Below are positions 24,237 to 32,000 of a stretch of 32,000 nt of DNA, piece after piece. A program made the translations under genes and the position numbers. This DNA is from Xanthomonas campestris pv. campestris str. ATCC 33913 (GTDB taxonomy: Bacteria > Pseudomonadota > Gammaproteobacteria > Xanthomonadales > Xanthomonadaceae): the NCBI RefSeq assembly GCF_000007145.1, contig NC_003902.1:817436-849435 (forward strand), read 5' to 3'. The notes beneath the pieces were generated by a model. It saw only the letters and a program-made list of their open reading frames with translations. It did not search any database and was not told the origin of the DNA. Position 1 is the stretch's first letter; every line of letters begins with the position of its first letter.

Positions 24237-25814
24237 ATGGACAAGCGTTGGATGGGCGGTCTTGCCGCCATGGCGTTGTTGCTGTCATCGGCGTCAGCTC
24301 TGGCCGGTGCCTTCAGCAAGACCTACGAACGGATTCCGGGTTGGGACGGCGCGCAGATGGGCGCCCTGGTGCTGGTGCCGCAAGGGCAGGGTAGCGGGCC
24401 ATTTCCGCTGATCGTGATGCCGGCCAGCTGGTCGCTGCCGAATCTGGAATACCTCGGGCGCGCCACCCAGTTGGCCAGCGATGGCTATGTGGTGGTCAGC
24501 TACACCTCACGCGGGTTCTGGGATTCGGCTGGGCAGATCGACATCGCCGGGCCGGATACCGTGGAAGACGTCAGCGCGGTGATCGACTGGGCGCTGGCGC
24601 ATACGCCGGCCAATCCCGATGCGATTGGCGCCTCGGGCATTTCCTATGGTGCGGGCATCAGCCTGCTGGCGGCCGAGCGCGACCCGCGCATCAAGGCGGT
24701 GGCCGCGCTCAGCGGGTGGGCGGATCTGGAAGCCTCGCTGTACTCAAATCGCACGGTGAGCCAGCAGGGCGTGGGCCTGCTGGTAGGGGCGGGTACGTTG
24801 ACCGGCCGGCCGGGGCCGGACTTGGCCAGGATCGGCGCCAGGGTGGCGGCTGGCGATTACGACGGCGCGGTGCAGGGCTTCCTGCCGCAGGCCGCATCGC
24901 GTAGCCCCGCGAGCGATGTGGCGGTGCTCAATGCGCGCGGCACCGCGGTGCTGCTGGGCAATGCCTTCAACGACGGCCTATTTCCACCCAACCAGACCAT
25001 CGCGTTCTACAACCAACTGCGCGGCCCCAAGCAACTGCTGCTCAGCCAGGGCGACCATGCCACCGCCGAATTGCCGGGCGCGCTCGGGCTGCCCAACGCG
25101 GTGTACACGGCGACCACGCGCTGGTTCGACCGCCACCTCAAGCAGCTGCGCAATGGCGTGGACGACGAAGCGCCGGTGCGGCTGTCGCCGCGCGCCGGGC
25201 AATGGCTGGACTACCCGGACTGGGCGGCGGTGCAACAGGGTGCCACCCGGTTCGGGCTCTCCGCGCCGGGCGGGCTGCTCAGCCCCACGGGCGGCTTGAT
25301 CAACGGCACTGCCAGCGGCTGGCAGTCGCGCATTGGTACCGACGTGCCGACGCTCGCCGAGTCTGGCGTGGTGCTGGCCAGTGGGCTGTTGCAGGGAATC
25401 GGCCTGCCGGTGACCACTTCCATCCCGCTGGTGAACCGGGCCGGTGCGGCGGTGTGGGTGGGTGCACCGTCGAGCGGAGTGCGGCGCCTGGCCGGCAGTC
25501 CATCGTTGCGGGTCACCGTGGTGTCCAGCCAGACGCAGGTGAGCCTGTTCGCCTATCTGTACCGCATGGATGCGCTGGGCGTTGCACAGCTGCTGACCCA
25601 CGCGCCGTATTCGCTGCGCGGCGCAACGCCCGGCACGCCGGTGACGCTGGAGTGGGCGCTGCAGGCCGCCGCAGCAGAGATCCCGGCCGGGCAGCGCCTG
25701 GTGTTGGTGGTCGACACGCGCGACGCACGCTACACCGATGCCAGCGGCGGCGGCACGCTGACCTTTACGTCGCCGGTGGCGACGCCATCGGTGTTGAATG
25801 TGCCGCTGCGGTGA
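24237..25814 (+). CDS. secreted CocE/NonD-family (S15 X-Pro dipeptidyl-peptidase-like) alpha/beta hydrolase
   Basis: Signal peptide: MDKRWMGGLAAMALLLSSASALAGA. The nucleophile elbow is GISYGAG. The sequence has YVVVSYTSRGFWDSAG and a C-terminal beta-sandwich-like region. GGGAGAA lies upstream of the start. Confidence 0.8.
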   Translation: MDKRWMGGLAAMALLLSSASALAGAFSKTYERIPGWDGAQMGALVLVPQGQGSGPFPLIVMPASWSLPNLEYLGRATQLASDGYVVVSYTSRGFWDSAGQIDIAGPDTVEDVSAVIDWALAHTPANPDAIGASGISYGAGISLLAAERDPRIKAVAALSGWADLEASLYSNRTVSQQGVGLLVGAGTLTGRPGPDLARIGARVAAGDYDGAVQGFLPQAASRSPASDVAVLNARGTAVLLGNAFNDGLFPPNQTIAFYNQLRGPKQLLLSQGDHATAELPGALGLPNAVYTATTRWFDRHLKQLRNGVDDEAPVRLSPRAGQWLDYPDWAAVQQGATRFGLSAPGGLLSPTGGLINGTASGWQSRIGTDVPTLAESGVVLASGLLQGIGLPVTTSIPLVNRAGAAVWVGAPSSGVRRLAGSPSLRVTVVSSQTQVSLFAYLYRMDALGVAQLLTHAPYSLRGATPGTPVTLEWALQAAAAEIPAGQRLVLVVDTRDARYTDASGGGTLTFTSPVATPSVLNVPLR

Positions 25815-26644
25815 GCTTGTTTTGACACTGAAGAGACTCGGCGGCAGGAGGCTGCCGACACTCGTCGGATGGGAGCGTGCTTGGGCGTGTGGGCAGGACT
25901 TCAGTGCGAAGTGCAGCTTCGCGTGCATAAGACGATAAGCCGGCAGATGGCTGTCGATTGATCGGTGCTTTGGGTTGCGGAGGATTTGTGTCGGAGTGCA
26001 TGCATGTGCTCGTGACTGATGCTGTCTTCGCGCATGCCGTGTCCTGCTTTCAGTGTGTGTCTCATCGCTTCGTCTGCGTTGGTTGCACGGCGCGAACTGG
26101 GATTGCGTTGCAGGGCCCTTGCCCGCCCACCATCGCGGGACACGCCGCAAGTACGTCCTTGTAGCAACTGTGGTGTTGGAGGCGGCACGTCTGCGCTTGC
26201 CCGGTCCTCGGAATGGCCGTAGCCACTCCAACATCACAGTTGCTCCATGGATGGATTCACAGCGTGTCCCGAAAGCGGTCAGGGCAGGCCGCCCGCGACC
26301 AACCCTGCTTGGACTCGCAGGAACTCCAGCACCTGCCTAGCGCCATAGCGCTGAAGCCAATTGGGCCCGGCTGCCGAAACAAGCAAGCCAATTCAGCGTT
26401 TTATGCGGAATTTACGCGGCCGCCCCACCAGGTCCATAGCGACTTTACGCAGCGCAGGACGAGACTGCGCGCATTGGCGGAGCGGTTCCGCCGTGGACAT
26501 CCCGATGCACGCTCTTTCCTGTCTGCCCCATCGGCGCTGTGCGCCCGGTGCGGCAGCGCCTTGTCTTGTTGGTTCGTCCCTGCCGCATGCAAGCGCGGGC
26601 GTTATCTCGCTTGCGCCGCGTTGCGCACCCACGGAGTAATCGAC

Positions 26645-26737
26645 ATGCCTGCCTGGTTGTCCCTGCTGTGCGGCGTGGCCGTGTTCGTGGCGGCCGCGTA
26701 CTTGTTGTACGTGGTGCTGCGGCCCGAAGACTTCTGA
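26645..26737 (+). CDS. kdpF: K+-transporting ATPase subunit F
   Basis: MPAWLSLLCGVAVFVAAAYLLYVVLRPEDF is a 30-aa single-TM peptide with the KdpF-type RPExF ending. GGAG lies 9 nt upstream. It ends 16 nt before kdpA. Confidence 0.7.
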   Translation: MPAWLSLLCGVAVFVAAAYLLYVVLRPEDF

Positions 26738-26752
26738 TGCGAGTGCGCTCCA

Positions 26753-28552
26753 ATGACTGAAACATTGCTTGTCTATGCGTTGGCCATCGTGCTGGCGTGG
26801 CCCTTGGGTCGCTATCTGGCGGCGGTGATGCGCGGTGCGCCCATGCGCGGCGACGCCGTGTTCGGCTGGATCGAACGGCCGCTCTACGCAGCGCTTGGCA
26901 CGCGCCCGCAGCAAGGCATGTCGTGGCGCGGCTACGTCGCCGCGTTCCTGCTCAGCAATCTGGTAGTGGGCGTGCTGACCTGGGGCGTGTTCATGACCCA
27001 GGCCTGGCTGCCGTTCAATCCCGATGCCATTCCCAACATGCGTTGGGACACCGCGTTGCACACGATGGTGTCGTTCCTCACCAACACCAACCAGCAGCAT
27101 TACTCCGGCCAGGCGCAGTTGTCGTACCTGGCGCAGATGACCGGCATTGTCGGCCTGCAGGTGGTGACGCCGATGATGGGTCTGGCACTGGCGGTAGCAA
27201 CCTTGCGCGCGCTGTTTGGTGGGCGGGCGGTTGCGAATGCCAACGACGTTGCAGCAACGGCAAGCGGCCCGCACTCCACCGCGTTGCAGGACGCGACAGC
27301 GAGCTTGGCTACGCACGAGACGCAGCCGTCAATACCGGCAGGCGCGCCGTTGCCCGATGCAGACGTGGGCAACTACTGGGCCGATGTGATCCGCGCAAGC
27401 GTGCGGGTGTTGTTGCCGCTGTGCCTGCTGTGGACGCTGCTGCTGGGCTGGCAGGGCGTGCCGTCGACCTTGCAGGGTGCAGCGACGGCGACGCCGCTGG
27501 ACAGCAGTGCCGGCATGGCCACGCAGACCATTCCGGTCGGGCCGGTGGCAGCGATGGTGGCGGTCAAGCAGCTCGGCACCAATGGCGGTGGCTGGTATGG
27601 CCCCAACAGTTCGGTGGCACTGGAAAACCCCACTCCGCTGAGCAATCTGCTGGAAACGCTGGCGCTGGTGCTGCTGCCGATGAGCGTGGTGTTCATGGTC
27701 GGCTATCTCACACGGCGCAAGCGGCTGACCGCGTTGGTGTTCGGCACCATGCTGCTGATGTCGGCGGCATCCACCGGCTTGCTGCTGTGGTCCGAAGCGC
27801 ATTCGGTCAGCGCCGCATCGCCCGCGTTGATGGAAGGCAAGGAAGTGCGCATCGGTGCCGACGCCTCGGCGTTGTGGGCCGCGTTGACCACGCAGACGTC
27901 CAATGGCTCGGTCAATGCGATGCACGATTCGCTCAGCCCGTTGAGCGGGCTGGTCACGCTGGTGGACATGTTGATCAACGCCATCTGGGGCGGCGTCGGC
28001 TGCGGGCTGCAGCAGTTCGTGGTGTATCTGTTGTTGAGCGTGTTCCTGGCCGGCCTGATGACCGGGCGCACACCGGAATTGTTCGGCCGCAAGATCGAAG
28101 CGCGTGAAGTGCAATTGCTGGCGCTGTTGATCCTGCTGCAGCCCCTGGTGGTGCTGGGCTTCACCGCGGTGGCGTTGTCGGTGCCGGCGTGGACGGCCAA
28201 TTCCAACCCCGGCTTCCATGGCATCAGCCAGGTGTTCTATGAGTACACCTCGGCATTCGCCAACAACGGTTCCGGTTTCGAAGGCCTGGGCGATGCCACG
28301 TACTGGTGGAATCTGAGTTGCGCGGTGGTGCTGGCGCTGGGGCGTTATCCGGCGCTGATCCTGCCGCTGATGGTGGCTGCGCGCATGGCAACCAAACGCC
28401 GTGCACCGGAATCGTCCGGCAGCCTGCAGATCGAAACCCCCACCTTTGCATTGACCCTGATGGCCATCGTGCTGGTGCTCACCGTGCTGCAGTTCATGCC
28501 CGCACTGGTGCTGGGCCCCATCGCCGAACACCTCGCCCTGGCGGCGTCCTGA
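26753..28552 (+). CDS. kdpA: K+-transporting ATPase subunit A
   Basis: It is collinear with E. coli KdpA, for example [36 protein letters not shown] and NNGSGFEGL. It is 599 aa because of a loop insertion of about 45 aa at 27218..27364. Confidence 0.95.
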   Translation: MTETLLVYALAIVLAWPLGRYLAAVMRGAPMRGDAVFGWIERPLYAALGTRPQQGMSWRGYVAAFLLSNLVVGVLTWGVFMTQAWLPFNPDAIPNMRWDTALHTMVSFLTNTNQQHYSGQAQLSYLAQMTGIVGLQVVTPMMGLALAVATLRALFGGRAVANANDVAATASGPHSTALQDATASLATHETQPSIPAGAPLPDADVGNYWADVIRASVRVLLPLCLLWTLLLGWQGVPSTLQGAATATPLDSSAGMATQTIPVGPVAAMVAVKQLGTNGGGWYGPNSSVALENPTPLSNLLETLALVLLPMSVVFMVGYLTRRKRLTALVFGTMLLMSAASTGLLLWSEAHSVSAASPALMEGKEVRIGADASALWAALTTQTSNGSVNAMHDSLSPLSGLVTLVDMLINAIWGGVGCGLQQFVVYLLLSVFLAGLMTGRTPELFGRKIEAREVQLLALLILLQPLVVLGFTAVALSVPAWTANSNPGFHGISQVFYEYTSAFANNGSGFEGLGDATYWWNLSCAVVLALGRYPALILPLMVAARMATKRRAPESSGSLQIETPTFALTLMAIVLVLTVLQFMPALVLGPIAEHLALAAS

Positions 28553-28565
28553 GAGTTCCCGAGCA

Positions 28566-30614
<2,049 letters not shown>

Positions 30615-30617
30615 GTC

Positions 30618-31274
30618 ATGACCACTTCTTCCAAGAGCACGACCATGTCTACCTCCCTGCCATTGCGCGACGATGGCGCGGTGCGCGCGTCCTTCGCCCT
30701 CGCGTTGTTCGTGCTGCTCGGGCTGGGCCTGGGCTATTCGTTGGTGGCCACCGGCATCACCAGCGCGTTGATGCCGGATCAGGCGCATGGGTCACTGCTG
30801 CGGGCGGATGGCCGGGTCATCGGCTCGTCGCTGGTGGCGCAGCCGTTTGCCGACGCGCGCTACTTTCAGCCGCGTCCATCCGCCGCCAAGTACGACCCCA
30901 CCGCTGCGGCCGGCAGCAACCAGGCGCGCTCCAATCCAGAGCTGCTGGCGCGGATCGCCACCGCACGTGCGGAGATTGCACAGCGCGATGGCATTGCGCC
31001 GGATGCAGTTCCCGGCGAGCTGCTCACCCAGTCCGGCAGCGGCCTGGATCCACACCTGAGCCCGGCCGGTGCGCAGGTGCAACTGCGCCGCGTCGCCGCC
31101 GCCCGCGGCTGGCCGGAGCAACGCGTGGCCGCGCTGCTGCAGGCCGCCACCGAGCAGCCGCAGTTCGGCTTGCTTGGGCAGCCGCGAATCAATGTGCTCG
31201 CGCTGAATCTGGCGCTTGATCGCGCCGGAGATGGAGTGCCGGGAACGGAGAATGGCGTAGAGCAACAGCGCTAG
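30618..31274 (+). CDS. kdpC: K+-transporting ATPase subunit C
   Basis: GSLL...GSSLVAQPF...YFQPRPSA...GSNQARSNPEL...SGSGLDPHLSP...INVLALNLALD is collinear with E. coli KdpC. ATG 30645 is an alternative start. Confidence 0.9.
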   Translation: MTTSSKSTTMSTSLPLRDDGAVRASFALALFVLLGLGLGYSLVATGITSALMPDQAHGSLLRADGRVIGSSLVAQPFADARYFQPRPSAAKYDPTAAAGSNQARSNPELLARIATARAEIAQRDGIAPDAVPGELLTQSGSGLDPHLSPAGAQVQLRRVAAARGWPEQRVAALLQAATEQPQFGLLGQPRINVLALNLALDRAGDGVPGTENGVEQQR

Positions 31275-31298
31275 TACACCAAGCCAGGGTAGGCTCTT

Positions 31299-31370
31299 CG
31301 ATTCCCGATTCCCGATTCCCGATTCCCGATTCCCGATTCCCGATTCCCGATTCCCGATTCCCGATTCCCG
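31299..31370 (+). repeat. perfect tandem heptanucleotide array (CGATTCC)x10 plus CG
   Basis: I counted ten identical consecutive copies directly, from 31299 to 31368. The array ends 1 nt before the kdpD ATG at 31372. There is no complementary arm. Confidence 0.95.
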
Positions 31371-31371
31371 C

Positions 31372-32000
31372 ATGTCTGACGCCCGTACCCAACAAGCCGA
31401 TGCCCTCATCGGCGAACTGCAGCGCGAACACGGCGGTCGGCTGACCGTGTTCCTGGGCGCAGCGCCTGGCGTGGGCAAGACCTACGCCATGCTCTCGCGT
31501 GCGCGCGAGCGGCTGCGCCAGGGCGTGGATGTGGTGGCCGGGGTGGTGGAAACGCACGGCCGCAGCGAGACCGCCGCGTTGCTCGATGGCGTGCCGCTGC
31601 TGCCGCGTGTGCAGGTGAGCTACCAGGGGCATGCGCTGGAAGAACTGGCGCTGGATGCGCTGCTGGCGCGCAAGCCGCAGCTGGCGTTGATCGACGAGTT
31701 GGCACATCGCAACGTGCCCGGCAGCCGCCACGAGCGCCGCTGGCAGGACACCGTGGAGTTGCTGGACGCCGGCATCGACGTCTACACCACCGTCAATATC
31801 CAGCACCTGGAAAGCCTCAACGACATCGTGCTGCGCATCACCGGCGTGCGCGTGTCCGAGACCGTGCCAGATGCGGTGTTCGACCGCCTGCGCGACATCG
31901 TGCTGGTCGACCTGCCACCGCGTGAGCTGATCGAGCGGCTGCAGCAGGGGAAGGTGTATCTGCCCGAGCAGGCCAGCCAGGCGCTGCAGGCGTTCTTCTC
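31372..32000 (+). CDS. kdpD: sensor histidine kinase KdpD, N-terminal part (3' end lies outside the window)
   Basis: MSDARTQQADALIGELQREHGGRLTVFLGAAPGVGKTYAML...IDELAHRNVPGSRHERRWQD...YTTVNIQHLESLND is the KdpD N-terminal Walker-A/Usp region. The frame stays open to the window end. Confidence 0.9.
   Translation, partial: MSDARTQQADALIGELQREHGGRLTVFLGAAPGVGKTYAMLSRARERLRQGVDVVAGVVETHGRSETAALLDGVPLLPRVQVSYQGHALEELALDALLARKPQLALIDELAHRNVPGSRHERRWQDTVELLDAGIDVYTTVNIQHLESLNDIVLRITGVRVSETVPDAVFDRLRDIVLVDLPPRELIERLQQGKVYLPEQASQALQAFF

Noticed and set aside
31299-31370. A CRISPR array, as an explanation for the repeats
   Set aside because: The units are 7 nt, directly tandem and have no spacers. 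There are no cas genes in the window.
30792-31806. Minus-strand ORFs (228 aa and 205 aa) containing ESGIGNR ESGIGNR repeats
   Set aside because: The repeat peptide is simply the translation of the (CGATTCC)n array on the opposite strand. The remainder is antisense to kdpC and kdpD.

Overview
High-GC (~65%) gammaproteobacterial chromosome. Gene content and the CGATTCC/GGGAATC heptamer elements suggest Xanthomonas, but that is inferred and not searched. Most of the window is conserved housekeeping sequence: pncB, arsC, def, ettA, glyA, nrdR, a GNAT gene, ribD, an FMN riboswitch followed by ribE, a ribBX-type ribBA, ribH, nusB and thiL, then kdpFABC and the 5' end of kdpD. The most interesting locus is at the left edge (2..5762). 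It is a same-strand cluster of a GT2 glycosyltransferase (partial), an outer-membrane beta-barrel, a processive GT2 synthase (QxxRW motif) with an N-terminal MshEN/T2SSE_N-type c-di-GMP receptor domain, an uncharacterised polytopic membrane protein, and a lipoprotein clan GH-A-like glycoside hydrolase. Together these have the parts list of a c-di-GMP-gated, synthase-dependent exopolysaccharide secretion system. The cluster is preceded by an array of TGTGAT half-sites phased about 11 bp apart. Other notable items are listed here. (1) An internally deleted bcsC remnant. (2) A secreted PA-domain zinc metalloprotease translationally coupled to a small secreted protein. (3) A family of heptamer-based REP-like elements that sit where the Shine-Dalgarno sequence would be for nrdR and thiL; one of them is expanded to a pure (CGATTCC)x10 array abutting the kdpD start codon. 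(4) A RibA-like domain in ribBA that lacks the catalytic cysteines. (5) An insertion of about 45 aa in KdpA. (6) Four unusually long gaps with no credible ORF. No CRISPR array, tRNA, rRNA or intact mobile element was seen. All homology statements rest on motif recognition by eye, and no database was searched.
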